64,000 nucleotides of DNA from a virus (taxonomy: Duplodnaviria > Caudoviricetes): IMG/VR virus record IMGVR_UViG_3300021256_001754, positions 64,001 through 128,000 of that record; one strand, 5' to 3'. This document shows positions 40,462 through 51,413 of this stretch, in pieces. The first letter of the stretch is position 1. The number at the start of each line of letters is the position of its first letter. The position numbers and the translations under genes are program-made. The notes beneath the pieces are model-generated. The model did no database searches. It was not told the DNA's origin and saw only the letters and a list, made by a program, of their open reading frames with translations.

Positions 40462-42342
40462 CTATCCCGATTTTTGTCCAAGTGCTGCTCTTATAGATTC
40501 CAAATCATTTAGATCCAATTTATTCTGTGGTTCATTCATAAAGAATATTGGAACTATTACATTTGGTTTTGTTATCTGAGGATTTGGATCATTCATACTA
40601 TCAAGCTCATCTACAGAATCATCCATAACTACAGGTTCGTTAAGTGTATATACACTATTTGAATCTGAGAAAGTATTATCTTTCTTAGAAGTACCGGTAG
40701 ATATAATATCATTAATAGTAGACAATACATTAGAAGAAGTTGTTCTAACTGATGGCTGTCTACCATTTATCATCTTATTCATATGGAGATAAGTCTTATA
40801 CATTGGAGGAGTATCTAAATCTTCCAATAGTCTAATACCGCTTCCATATACAAATGGTTGAGCTATATAAGTAAGATCGGTTTTAACTCTTTTCTTGGTT
40901 AAGTTAAATACCATATATTTATTTCCCTCATCGTCGTAATCTAGATTTATAATAATTCCTAAATCCAAATTATCCAGCATAAGGAATGATTCACCTGTAT
41001 TAGACATACCAAGTTGCATTGTTATATCTGTAGGTGTTGCTCTTGCTTTATCTTGCTCTACAGCTCTAGCGGCTTCTCTATTAAGATGAGATACTGTGAT
41101 AAACGGAATATCTTTTTCAACTGCAAATGACTTAAATTCATTTACGACATTACCAAGTTCAATTCTAAGATCGGGAGTATATTCAGAAGATCTTATTCTC
41201 TTTACATGGTCCTGTATTACACATATAACTTCATATCCATCATCTTCCATATCTTCACACATATCGTATAGAAAAGTTGTATCAACTGTTCTATTGGCTT
41301 TATACCTAATTACCATATCGATAGGTGAATCATTTGTAAGTTTCAATTCTCCATCTACACGGAGTTTTCTAATAACTTCTTCCTTAGTAAAATTTTCCAT
41401 ACCAGAAGATGAGGTTATAAGATCAAATAGTCTATCTATAGTTTCTACTACAGAGTTCTCCATGGTAAGCATTACTACACATGGTTGTTTAGTTGGATCT
41501 TTTGGTTTATAATGCTTATTGTATTTTCTAATCTGATACATCAGGTTTAACAAAGTAACAGATTTTCCTATGTTTGTTATACCTAAAAGCATATATACAC
41601 GACCGGATTCAAATCCACCATTAATCATTTCATTGAATCCTTGCATACCAGTTACAAGTTTTCTAGATGGATTTGTAAGTAGATCGTAAGTTTCACCCAC
41701 TACATCTTCAAATATACCATCTCTCAAACTAAATACCATGTCTACGTTATTTGTAGATACTCTTGATTTTCTAAATTTAGAATGTGTATCGTTTACCAAT
41801 ACTTCAAAGTCATCTATCAAATGACCTTTACCTTCATATTCAGTTTTTGTTATAGCCGTACATACAGTCAAAAAATCTGGTGCCGCCATATAAGCAAATG
41901 CGAATTTGATATTATGCTCTATCATCTCATTTGCCCATTTTATCTCATTTGTAGTTAATAAGAATCTATCGATATTATTTGGATCTATAAAATCAGGTTT
42001 AAAATCCAAAGTTCCAAGTATATGATCTATCATTATATCCTGATCTGTAATCTTATAATCCATTCTAACTTCTAGAGCTTTTTTAATAAATTCTACATAA
42101 TGAGTTTTATTAAGATCATTAATATATACTTGAGGATTCAATAAATTTAAAAACTTCTTTAGATTATTTAAGTGATTCAAACGAATCAAATTGGATACAG
42201 TTACAGAATATCGTGCTAATATTCTAAAAGATCTTAAAGGTAGATTTAGAGATACAGTCTTTTTTACCTTAGGGGTCTTTATCTTTTTTGTATCATTAAT
42301 ATCAAATTTATCAATTACCATAATAAGATTACCCTCTTCCAA
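40462..42342 (-). CDS. DnaB-like replicative helicase
   Basis: GGFESGRVYMLLGITNIGKS, LTMEN, IQDHVKRI, TVSHLNR. Confidence 0.85.
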   Translation of the reverse strand: MEEGNLIMVIDKFDINDTKKIKTPKVKKTVSLNLPLRSFRILARYSVTVSNLIRLNHLNNLKKFLNLLNPQVYINDLNKTHYVEFIKKALEVRMDYKITDQDIMIDHILGTLDFKPDFIDPNNIDRFLLTTNEIKWANEMIEHNIKFAFAYMAAPDFLTVCTAITKTEYEGKGHLIDDFEVLVNDTHSKFRKSRVSTNNVDMVFSLRDGIFEDVVGETYDLLTNPSRKLVTGMQGFNEMINGGFESGRVYMLLGITNIGKSVTLLNLMYQIRKYNKHYKPKDPTKQPCVVMLTMENSVVETIDRLFDLITSSSGMENFTKEEVIRKLRVDGELKLTNDSPIDMVIRYKANRTVDTTFLYDMCEDMEDDGYEVICVIQDHVKRIRSSEYTPDLRIELGNVVNEFKSFAVEKDIPFITVSHLNREAARAVEQDKARATPTDITMQLGMSNTGESFLMLDNLDLGIIINLDYDDEGNKYMVFNLTKKRVKTDLTYIAQPFVYGSGIRLLEDLDTPPMYKTYLHMNKMINGRQPSVRTTSSNVLSTINDIISTGTSKKDNTFSDSNSVYTLNEPVVMDDSVDELDSMNDPNPQITKPNVIVPIFFMNEPQNKLDLNDLESIRAALGQKSG

Positions 42343-42422
42343 TAACCAGTATTATATTTCTGTTTAAAGATTTTTATTATTATAAATATTGCATTTTACT
42401 ACCATTGTACTGGTAGTTATAT

Positions 42423-43538
42423 TTATAAATTGCTTGATAAAATCTCTCTTAATTTATCTACAGAAATTATATTTCTTCCTTCTTTCATATTGACATACAT
42501 AACAAACTTTTCTTCGTCTGATATATTATTGTCTAATATAAAACTATACTGGTCATCTATTACACTGATCCCTTCTTTTCTATCGTTATATTCTCTTTCT
42601 TCCATTGCTGATAAGAACTCAACTACTACTGTTGGATTAGTTCTATAGTAATTCTGTATTATTACTTTATCAGAACCGATAATTGGAAAATCAAATTTAA
42701 CCTTCAAGAAGTCTATACCATTCTCTCTCTTAGTAGTATTTATTTTTTCTATTATAGCTTTAGGATTTTTATCTACTACATGGCTTAAATGTATGGTCAC
42801 GTATTTATCAGATATAATATTCTGGAAATGAGTATAATGCATATTAGAATCCAAATCATGAATCGTTATAAGGAATCCTTTATCTTCTTCCTCATTGAAT
42901 TTATATCTATAAGGAGTACCACAATAATAGAAATACTTTTCAAAACATTCTGGTTTATGTACATGACCTGCAATCATAAATCCAGTACAATTAGAAAAGT
43001 CTTTCATAGTAAATAATCTACCTTGTCCGACATTATTACCATATACAGAACCTTCAAATGTACCATGCATTAAAGCTTCATCGTATAGACCAGATTTATG
43101 AAGATATTTATCATATACACTTTCATCTAATCCATATAATTCTGGTATACATAATATTCTTGCATTTCCAACTTGTTCTATAGATAATTGTGTTCTTATT
43201 CTTACATCTACATCTGATTTTTCTTGTAAATGATAAAAAAGTTTTAATTGGTCTGCATCATGTGAGAATGTACCATGAATCATGATAATTGTAGAGTTGT
43301 GTCTTCTAGCAACTGCTACAATATCATCTATTAGCTTTATAGCATAATATATACCACTACTATTTCCCATTAATTTATGGTCAAATAGATCACCATCTAT
43401 AGATATCATGTCTAATTTTGGCAAACTATCTATAACTGGTATAAATTGTTTTATTAAAATCTCATACTGGGCTTTAGCATCAAAAGCCGCAAAATGAATA
43501 TCGGCAATATGTGCCGATATAAATAATCCACGTCCCAT
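42423..43538 (-). CDS. SbcD/Mre11-like metallophosphoesterase nuclease
   Basis: ADIH, GDLFD, GTFSHD, GHVH, YCGTP. Confidence 0.85.
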   Translation of the reverse strand: MGRGLFISAHIADIHFAAFDAKAQYEILIKQFIPVIDSLPKLDMISIDGDLFDHKLMGNSSGIYYAIKLIDDIVAVARRHNSTIIMIHGTFSHDADQLKLFYHLQEKSDVDVRIRTQLSIEQVGNARILCIPELYGLDESVYDKYLHKSGLYDEALMHGTFEGSVYGNNVGQGRLFTMKDFSNCTGFMIAGHVHKPECFEKYFYYCGTPYRYKFNEEEDKGFLITIHDLDSNMHYTHFQNIISDKYVTIHLSHVVDKNPKAIIEKINTTKRENGIDFLKVKFDFPIIGSDKVIIQNYYRTNPTVVVEFLSAMEEREYNDRKEGISVIDDQYSFILDNNISDEEKFVMYVNMKEGRNIISVDKLREILSSNL

Positions 43539-43599
43539 TATTCTTACCCCTATTTATTTTTAATCAATTATGATTATCATTTTTATAGTATATATTCGA

Positions 43600-44172
43600 T
43601 TATCCATTTAGCAGAGATTTTAAATCGTTTATATTCTTTCTGAGTTCTTCTATCATATCATCTTTTAATATTTTACCAAAGGTTGTAGCAACAGTCATAA
43701 ATTGTTCTGTATATTTAGCTTCAACCTTTGGAGTTTCTAATGATGGTATCTCACGTACATTATCTACGGTATGATTCATTGTAATTTGTCCACGTTCATT
43801 TATATATGTATACCGTATAGTATAATTAGAAGAAACAATTACATTAGCTTCGGCTTTACCTAGATTATATTTGAAATATGCTATTATACTATCATCCGGA
43901 TTTACAGTACATTTAATACAATGCTGTACTGGATATAATGAATTAACAAGTACAGTTGTATGAGCAATATAATTAAGATACTCAATTACCTGATCATATG
44001 GAATTATATTTATACTTGACTCATATTTATCGATAATAGATTCTACCTTTTCTATATGCTTTAAGCACTTTCTTTTCTTTAATATTCTAGCTATTTTATT
44101 TGATTTCAAATATTCAATTATTTCTTCTCTAAGACTTGCTAGTGTATATAGTGTCAATTCAAAAAATCCCAT
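43600..44172 (-). CDS. hypothetical protein
   Basis: 190-aa ORF in operon. Confidence 0.65.
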   Translation of the reverse strand: MGFFELTLYTLASLREEIIEYLKSNKIARILKKRKCLKHIEKVESIIDKYESSINIIPYDQVIEYLNYIAHTTVLVNSLYPVQHCIKCTVNPDDSIIAYFKYNLGKAEANVIVSSNYTIRYTYINERGQITMNHTVDNVREIPSLETPKVEAKYTEQFMTVATTFGKILKDDMIEELRKNINDLKSLLNG

Positions 44173-44173
44173 A

Positions 44174-44938
44174 TCATATTATCCTCTTATATGAATAAAA
44201 CCAGTCTATCATGGCTTTGAATGTATGATGTAAATTTTCTGTATCGTTACGACATTGAGGATTATTAAACTCGATTGTTTTGAAATCGAATTTACCTTTC
44301 ACATCTTTATCGACTCTTAAAATGGCTAATCCATTAATATCTGGAATAGAGTTATCTCCCATACAATATTTATTATACATTAATCCCCAATAGTATGCAT
44401 AAGTCTGGAGATAGTAATTAGCTGATATTATTTTAGAGGTTTTAAAATCCAATACATAAACAGTTTCTACTCCATTCTGTTCTAATCCAATAATACAATC
44501 TGCTGTTCCACCAAACCAAGGACAAGTAATCTCTTTCTCTATAGCGTATATATGAAGATTTATATTTTTATCTCTCATATAATTATACCAATTCATAAAC
44601 CCAGAGAAAGAATTCTCTATTTTTCTAGCAATCTTATAGCTATCTTGATATTCATCTGAGAATCTAATTCCTTTTCCATATAAAAGAAAATTTTCTATCT
44701 TCTCATGAACAGCTGTTCCTATAGTAAGAGCGGTATCTTTTATAGATTTATAATTCGATCCCATAGCAGCAGCCCATCCAATAAGATGCGAACTATCTGT
44801 AGTTACCTCCAATATTTCACTAACTCTAGGAATAGGTTTACCATTAAATGTATATGTCTTCCACATATTTGATTCTGTTAGCTCAATATCATTAAGCATA
44901 TTGAGCTCGAAATCATAAAAATAAATTGGATTAATCAT
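44174..44938 (-). CDS. PD-(D/E)XK exonuclease
   Basis: PRVSEIL, GTAVHEKIE, GGTADC, LDFKTS, QTYAY. Confidence 0.85.
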   Translation of the reverse strand: MINPIYFYDFELNMLNDIELTESNMWKTYTFNGKPIPRVSEILEVTTDSSHLIGWAAAMGSNYKSIKDTALTIGTAVHEKIENFLLYGKGIRFSDEYQDSYKIARKIENSFSGFMNWYNYMRDKNINLHIYAIEKEITCPWFGGTADCIIGLEQNGVETVYVLDFKTSKIISANYYLQTYAYYWGLMYNKYCMGDNSIPDINGLAILRVDKDVKGKFDFKTIEFNNPQCRNDTENLHHTFKAMIDWFYSYKRII

Positions 44939-45088
44939 CTTAAATTCTCCCTAATAATATAATTATGGGTATGTCTTATATAAAGTAAAAATTAATGTTA
45001 AATATGAAATTCGTAGGGGGAACATTCAATTAATAAGTGAGCTTTTCCACTTTAGAGAACTATAAATTTTCAACAAAAGGAGACGAAA

Positions 45089-48000
45089 ATGGCTACAATA
45101 AATAAAATTCTTATGCCGCATCGTGGAACTGTTACCGTGATGGAAGCTAAGCCGACACTCGTTCTTCAGGAAGGTGAACTGTTTGTAGAAGGCCCAGCTG
45201 CTGGTATTGGTAAAGGCCATCATAAGATAAAAATAGGTGATGGTGTTACTCCATATTCCAGTCTGCCGTATGCACTCGGTGATACCGATAATGAAGTTAC
45301 AAACGCTTTAGTTACATTTGTAGAAGATACAAGTGAATCTATATCGGAAGCATTAGGTAATGTCGCTAGTGGGTATAGACTATCTGTTCAGATTGCTGCC
45401 CTTAAAAAGGCTATAGATCTTACTGCTAGTCAAGATCTTCCAACAGCAGCTTTCACGACGATTACTGATGGAACAACTGATATCGATGCAGGTTCTACAT
45501 CTGATACCCTTACAATATCTGCGGGAGAGAATGTATCTCTCGATGTAGATGCAGTAAATAAATCTATAACGATAAATTCTACAGATAATAATACCACATA
45601 TGCTAATGCTACAACAGCCGATGCTGGTCTTATGTCTGCAACAGATAAAGCTAAGCTTGATGGTGTAGCAGCAAACGCTACAAATGTATCAGTAACAGCA
45701 GCTCTTAGCTCTGGTGTTGAGATTGGTACTATTACTGTAAATGGTGTACCAATTACAATTTACTGTGAGGAGAATACCGATACTCACTATATAGCAAAGA
45801 ATGTAGTTGGTTCTGCATCAGCAACAACAGATACATCTGTTCCTCTTTCTAATGGTGCTGTTAATCTTAATCTTATCGAAAATGGAGAAATCCGTTCTTC
45901 TCATAATATCAGAGGTGATGGTGCAACAGAAGTTACATCTGATGCAAATGGTAATATTATTATATCTTCTACAGATAATAATACTACATATGCGACAGGT
46001 AATAGTACAACTGCTGGTTTAACAAAGCTGTATTCAACAACCGGTTCAAATTCAGATGGTACTATGACTCAGGCTGCAATCAATAATGCTCTTGGACTTA
46101 AACTTGGTACTAATGATACAGCTGCAGCAGCTAATAAAGACTCTGATAATCAGCAGATTAATACTACTTATGTCAAAGGAGTAACTTACTCTGGCCATAC
46201 AGTAACTGTAACTAAGGGTGATGGTAGTACGACAACGTTCAATACTGCTGATAATAATACCACATATGCAGCATTTACAGGTGCTACATCTGAAGCTGCT
46301 GGCACAGCTGGATTAGTTCCTGCTCCTGCTGCTGGAGAACAGAATACTGTTCTTTCTGGTAGTGGTGTTTGGGTATCTCCAAACAACATGTCTGTTGGTA
46401 ATGCATCTACAGCTCAGTATGCAGTAAATGCAAATCATGCTACATCAGCAACAAGTGCTGGATCTGCTCAGAATGCTGATACAGCTACATATGCAAACAA
46501 TGCTGGTACTGCATCTTATGCTGCTAGTGCTAATTCTGCTACCAATGCAAGTTCAGCTACATATGCAACTAATGCTGGTACAGCAACACATGCTACATCA
46601 GCAACACGTTCAACCAATGCAACATCAGCAGACTATGCTACTAATGCTAACGAATCAGTATTTGCTACAAGAACTCTTAATGATAATGCAGGACATAATA
46701 TTCAGCAGACATATGTTTCCGGAATATCAGCAACTGGTCATACAGTAACAGTTACAAAGGGTGATGGCTCTACAACAACCTTTGAAACTGCAGATGATAA
46801 TACCACATATGCTGCATTTACAGGTGCTACATCTTCAGCAGCTGGTAAAGCTGGACTTGTTCCTGCTCCTTCTGCTGCAGATAGGAATAAAGTTCTTAAG
46901 GGTGATGGTTCTTGGACAAATATTTCCGCTGTAAAGGTAGATGAAGCTGTTAATGCGGATAGTGCTACTTATGCAACTAATGCTGGTACAGCAACACATG
47001 CTACAAAGGCTGATAGTGCTTCTACAGCTACAAGTGATGTAAATGGTGCTGCTATTACATCTTACATTAAGGGAATCTCATATTCTGGTCATACTGTTAC
47101 TATCACATCGGGTGATGGATCAACAACATCTTTCGATACAGCTGATAACAATACCACATATGCTGCTGGTACTGCTAATGTCGCTGGACTTACAAAGTTG
47201 TATGGTTCTAGTGGTACAGGAACAGATGGTACAATGACTCGTACAGCAATAACAAACTTTGTTAATGATGTAAAAAATGATCTTGAACAGCAGATTGGCA
47301 ATATATCAAGTTTCGAAATCGTTATACTTACAAGTACTTCTGATTTGCCTGTAGTTGGTGCATCAAATACTGTATACTTTGTTCCTGAAGATGGTGGTTC
47401 TGGAGATCATAGGTATGCTGAGTATATGTGGATACCAGATCCTGGTTATTATGAGAAGATCGGTCTTACAACAGCAGATCTATCTAATTACTACACGAAA
47501 TCTCAAACAAATTCAGCTATTACAAATGCTACAAACGAATTAGTTAAGACTATTAGTTATAGCGGACATACTGTAACTATTACCAAAGCTGATGGTACAA
47601 CTTCATCTTTTAATACTGCAGATAATAACACCACTTATACTACAGGTAATAGTACAAATGCAGGTTTAACAAAACTCTACAGTGGTACTGGTAATAATAC
47701 TGATGGTAGTATGACTCAGGCTGCTATCACAACAGCTCTTGGTGGAAAACTTGGTACAAGTGATACAGCTGCAGCAGCAATAAATGATTCTGCAAATCAG
47801 CAGATTAATACCACTTATATCAAAGGAGTAACTTACTCTGGTCATACAGTAACTGTGACTAAGGGTGATGGTTCTACAACAACCTTTAATACTGCTGATA
47901 ACAACACGACTTATAGTGAGTTCGCTGGTACAACTGCTGGTCTTGTTCCTGCATCTTCTGCATCTGATACAAATAAGTATCTTAAGTCTGATGGTACATG

Positions 48001-50041
48001 GGCAACTATTACTGGTGTTAAGGTAAATAATGCTGGTACAGCAGATTATGCAACCAACGCTGGTACTGCAACACATGCTGGTAAGGCTGATAATGCAACA
48101 TCTGCAACCAATGCTTCTAGTGCTACGTACGCAACTAACGCAGGAACAGCTACACATGCTACAAAGGCGGCTAGTGCAACAAGTGCTACTAATGCATCTT
48201 CAGCTACATATGCCACAAATGCAGGTACCGCTACATATGCAACCAATGCTGGAACAGCTACATATGCTAATTCTGCGGCTTCTGCTACAAAGGCAACAAA
48301 TGATTCTGCAAATCAGCAGATTAACACCACTTACATTAAAGGAGTAACTTACTCTGGTCATACAGTAACAGTTACAAAGGGTGATGGATCAACAACAACC
48401 TTTAATACTGCTGATAACAATACAACCTATACAACATTCTCTACAGGAAATAATGGTCTTGTTCCTGGACCTACTTCTTCTGATACAGGTAAATTCCTTA
48501 AGGGTAATGGTTCTTGGGTTGATATTGCTACAGTTAAGTCAAATAATGCTGGTACAGCAGATTATGCTACAAAGGCTGGTAGTGCAACATCTGCAACAAA
48601 TGCATCTTCTGCTACATATGCAACTAATGCAGGAACTGCTACACATGCTGGTACAGCTGGTTCAGCAACAAGTGCTACAAACGCAACGTCTGCAACTAAT
48701 GCTTCTAGTGCTACGTATGCAACTAATGCTGGCACTGCAACTTATGCTAATTCTGCAGATTCTGCTACAAAGGCTACTAAGGATTCCGCAAATCAGCAGA
48801 TTAACACCACTTACGTTAAGAGTGTAACTTACTCTGGACATACAGTAACAGTTACAAAGGGTGATGGTAGTACGACAACCTTTAATACTGCCGACAGTAA
48901 TACTACATATGCAGCATTTACAGGTGCTACATCTTCAGCTGCTGGTAAAGCTGGACTGGTTCCTGCTCCTGCAACCTCTGATACAGGTAAATTCCTTAGA
49001 GGAAATGGTTCTTGGGTTGACATTGCTGGCGTTAAGGTTAATAATGCTGCTACAGCAGATTACGCAACTAATGCCGGTACAGCAACACATGCTACAAGTG
49101 CTAATAGTGCATCATCTGCAACCAATGCAACTTCGGCTGCATATGCAACTAATGCAGGTACTGCTACATATGGAACTAATTCTGGTACAGCTACATATGC
49201 TACATCAGCTGGTAAGGCTACTAAGGATTCTGCAAACCAGCAAATCAATACTACCTATGTCAAGGGTGTAACTTACTCTGGTCATACAGTAACTGTAACT
49301 AAGGGTGACGGATCAACTACAACTTTCAACACTGCTGATAGCAATACTACATATGCAGCATTTACAGGTGCTACATCTTCAGCTGCTGGTAAAGCTGGAC
49401 TGGTTCCTGCTCCTGCAACTTCGGACGTAAATAAATTCCTTAGAGGAAATGGTTCTTGGGTTGACATTGCTGGCGTTAAGGTTAATAATGCCGCTACAGC
49501 AGATTACGCAACTAATGCCGGTACAGCAACACATGCTACAAGTGCTAATAGTGCATCATCTGCAACCAATGCAACTTCGGCTGCATATGCTACATCAGCT
49601 GGTAAGGCTACTAAGGATTCTGCAAATCAGCAGATTAACACCACTTACGTTAAGGGAGTAACCTATAGTGGTCATACAGTAACTGTAACCAAGGGTGATG
49701 GTAGTACAACAACGTTTGCCACTGCAGATAATAATACCACATACGCAAACTTTACAGGTGCTACATCTTCAGCTGCCGGTAAAGCTGGACTTGTTCCTGC
49801 TCCTACAACAGCTACAAGAAACTATTTCCTTAGAGGAACTGGTGCTTGGGTTGATATTGCTACAGTTAAGTCAAATAATGCTGGTACAGCAGATTATGCA
49901 ACCAATGCTGGTACTGCATCATACGCTTCAAAGGCTGCTAATGTAAACAGTGCTACATCTGCTACATATCTGTCTGGTGCTGGTGCAACTACAAATATCA
50001 TTGTTGGTAATACCCTTGTCGACTTTGGATATGAAGGTTAA
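45089..50041 (+). CDS. long repetitive tail fibre (1650 aa)
   Basis: Mtd-N-like N-terminus; about 9 GHTVT(V/I)TKGDGSTTTF.TADNNTTY modules, AGLVPAP/FLRGNGSW and ATNAGTAT repeats; ends DFGYEG. Confidence 0.85.
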   Translation: MATINKILMPHRGTVTVMEAKPTLVLQEGELFVEGPAAGIGKGHHKIKIGDGVTPYSSLPYALGDTDNEVTNALVTFVEDTSESISEALGNVASGYRLSVQIAALKKAIDLTASQDLPTAAFTTITDGTTDIDAGSTSDTLTISAGENVSLDVDAVNKSITINSTDNNTTYANATTADAGLMSATDKAKLDGVAANATNVSVTAALSSGVEIGTITVNGVPITIYCEENTDTHYIAKNVVGSASATTDTSVPLSNGAVNLNLIENGEIRSSHNIRGDGATEVTSDANGNIIISSTDNNTTYATGNSTTAGLTKLYSTTGSNSDGTMTQAAINNALGLKLGTNDTAAAANKDSDNQQINTTYVKGVTYSGHTVTVTKGDGSTTTFNTADNNTTYAAFTGATSEAAGTAGLVPAPAAGEQNTVLSGSGVWVSPNNMSVGNASTAQYAVNANHATSATSAGSAQNADTATYANNAGTASYAASANSATNASSATYATNAGTATHATSATRSTNATSADYATNANESVFATRTLNDNAGHNIQQTYVSGISATGHTVTVTKGDGSTTTFETADDNTTYAAFTGATSSAAGKAGLVPAPSAADRNKVLKGDGSWTNISAVKVDEAVNADSATYATNAGTATHATKADSASTATSDVNGAAITSYIKGISYSGHTVTITSGDGSTTSFDTADNNTTYAAGTANVAGLTKLYGSSGTGTDGTMTRTAITNFVNDVKNDLEQQIGNISSFEIVILTSTSDLPVVGASNTVYFVPEDGGSGDHRYAEYMWIPDPGYYEKIGLTTADLSNYYTKSQTNSAITNATNELVKTISYSGHTVTITKADGTTSSFNTADNNTTYTTGNSTNAGLTKLYSGTGNNTDGSMTQAAITTALGGKLGTSDTAAAAINDSANQQINTTYIKGVTYSGHTVTVTKGDGSTTTFNTADNNTTYSEFAGTTAGLVPASSASDTNKYLKSDGTWATITGVKVNNAGTADYATNAGTATHAGKADNATSATNASSATYATNAGTATHATKAASATSATNASSATYATNAGTATYATNAGTATYANSAASATKATNDSANQQINTTYIKGVTYSGHTVTVTKGDGSTTTFNTADNNTTYTTFSTGNNGLVPGPTSSDTGKFLKGNGSWVDIATVKSNNAGTADYATKAGSATSATNASSATYATNAGTATHAGTAGSATSATNATSATNASSATYATNAGTATYANSADSATKATKDSANQQINTTYVKSVTYSGHTVTVTKGDGSTTTFNTADSNTTYAAFTGATSSAAGKAGLVPAPATSDTGKFLRGNGSWVDIAGVKVNNAATADYATNAGTATHATSANSASSATNATSAAYATNAGTATYGTNSGTATYATSAGKATKDSANQQINTTYVKGVTYSGHTVTVTKGDGSTTTFNTADSNTTYAAFTGATSSAAGKAGLVPAPATSDVNKFLRGNGSWVDIAGVKVNNAATADYATNAGTATHATSANSASSATNATSAAYATSAGKATKDSANQQINTTYVKGVTYSGHTVTVTKGDGSTTTFATADNNTTYANFTGATSSAAGKAGLVPAPTTATRNYFLRGTGAWVDIATVKSNNAGTADYATNAGTASYASKAANVNSATSATYLSGAGATTNIIVGNTLVDFGYEG
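46140..49930 (+). repeat. intragenic tandem modules of the long fibre
   Basis: near-identical DNA blocks, e.g. about 48780-49200 versus 49220-49620. Confidence 0.85.
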
Positions 50042-50145
50042 TCTATAAATATTATCAATTCTCCGTTGAAAATTTATAAGTGGTAGGTGTTATTTTACTA
50101 CACCTACCACAATTTAATAATTTTTATATAAGGAGAGAAATCTAT

Positions 50146-51351
50146 ATGTCTAACAGTGTTGTATATGATGGTAAACCATCAATTGAACTAAATCACAGGC
50201 CTTTCTTCTCTATCGTTATTGCATGCTATAATGCTAAAAAGTATTTAAGTACAGTATTGCAATCTATTGTAGATCAGCATATGAATGACGATATAGAAGT
50301 TATCTTATCAGACGATCATTCTACTGAAGATTATACAGAAGTAGTAGATTTATTTAAGAACACTTTATGTATCAAAAGAGTTCAAACAGATTATAATTTT
50401 GCTCCAGGTAATACAAGAGAACGTGGAGCACAATATGCAACCGGAGAATGGCTTGCATTTGCAGATCAGGATGATAAATATGTAGCTGATACTTTACCTT
50501 ATATCAAACAGGAGATATTAAAAAATAACGAGAAGTATTATGTAGTATCTAGTTTCTTAGAGGTAAATATTAATACAGATGAAGTTATAAGAGCTTTTAA
50601 ATTTCCTCTTGGATGGAACCATGCTAAGTTCTATAACTTAGATAATACATGGAAAGCATATGATATCCATTTCAAGAAAGATTTAAGATCTCATGAAGAT
50701 ATTTATATCAGTTCTACCATGAATAGCTTCATGAATTTTATGAATCGTCAACCATTATATCTGGATATTTATACTTATATATGGTATTGCAATCCTGAGT
50801 CTATAACACATACTGTATATGATGTGAAATCAGGTGGTCATACATTCTTAGAGGTATTCTTTAATGATTATCTCAGATCTACAGGATACGTATATATTGA
50901 GCAATATCTTAAAGGTAAGATATCAAAAGAATATGCTATTAGACAGGCTATCAATATAACAGCTTATGCATACTTCTATAATCAAGGATTTTTATTCCAT
51001 AATCCTAAGAATTTCTTACGCGAAAATATCGAGTATGCTAGAGGATATCTTGTAATTATAAAACGTCTATATGGATTAACGAATGAAGATATATGGAATG
51101 GTCTTGCTGCTAATGATGCTGAAGAATTTACTTCTGTAGAAAATAGTGCACATGTAGGAGCTGGTCCATTTATTCCTTTAATGACATTAATGGAATTCTT
51201 AAATTTATTACATAAAGATGGTGATCAATATCCTATAGAAAATGTAAGATATTGTGTTGATACTTGTACTACTTCTGGGTGGAGTGTAGACGATGGAGCA
51301 GGACGAGTGCAAGTATCTGGAACTACAGCTACTATATCAAAAAATAATTAG
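50146..51351 (+). CDS. GT2-family glycosyltransferase
   Basis: FSIVIACYN, EVILSDDHSTE, PGNTRERG, FADQDD, HED; start set after AAGGAG. Confidence 0.85.
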   Translation: MSNSVVYDGKPSIELNHRPFFSIVIACYNAKKYLSTVLQSIVDQHMNDDIEVILSDDHSTEDYTEVVDLFKNTLCIKRVQTDYNFAPGNTRERGAQYATGEWLAFADQDDKYVADTLPYIKQEILKNNEKYYVVSSFLEVNINTDEVIRAFKFPLGWNHAKFYNLDNTWKAYDIHFKKDLRSHEDIYISSTMNSFMNFMNRQPLYLDIYTYIWYCNPESITHTVYDVKSGGHTFLEVFFNDYLRSTGYVYIEQYLKGKISKEYAIRQAINITAYAYFYNQGFLFHNPKNFLRENIEYARGYLVIIKRLYGLTNEDIWNGLAANDAEEFTSVENSAHVGAGPFIPLMTLMEFLNLLHKDGDQYPIENVRYCVDTCTTSGWSVDDGAGRVQVSGTTATISKNN

Positions 51352-51375
51352 AATTCTGATAATAATACGATAAAA

Positions 51376-51413
51376 AATATTACCGGTAGGATATAACTCC
51401 TACCGGTAATATT
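51376..51413. terminator. bidirectional hairpin
   Basis: AATATTACCGGTAGGA...TCCTACCGGTAATATT. Confidence 0.75.

Noticed and set aside
45807-49946. Many alternate-frame and antisense ORFs inside the fibre genes (also 15088-20529)
   Set aside because: Shadow frames produced by repetitive GCT/ACA codon usage.
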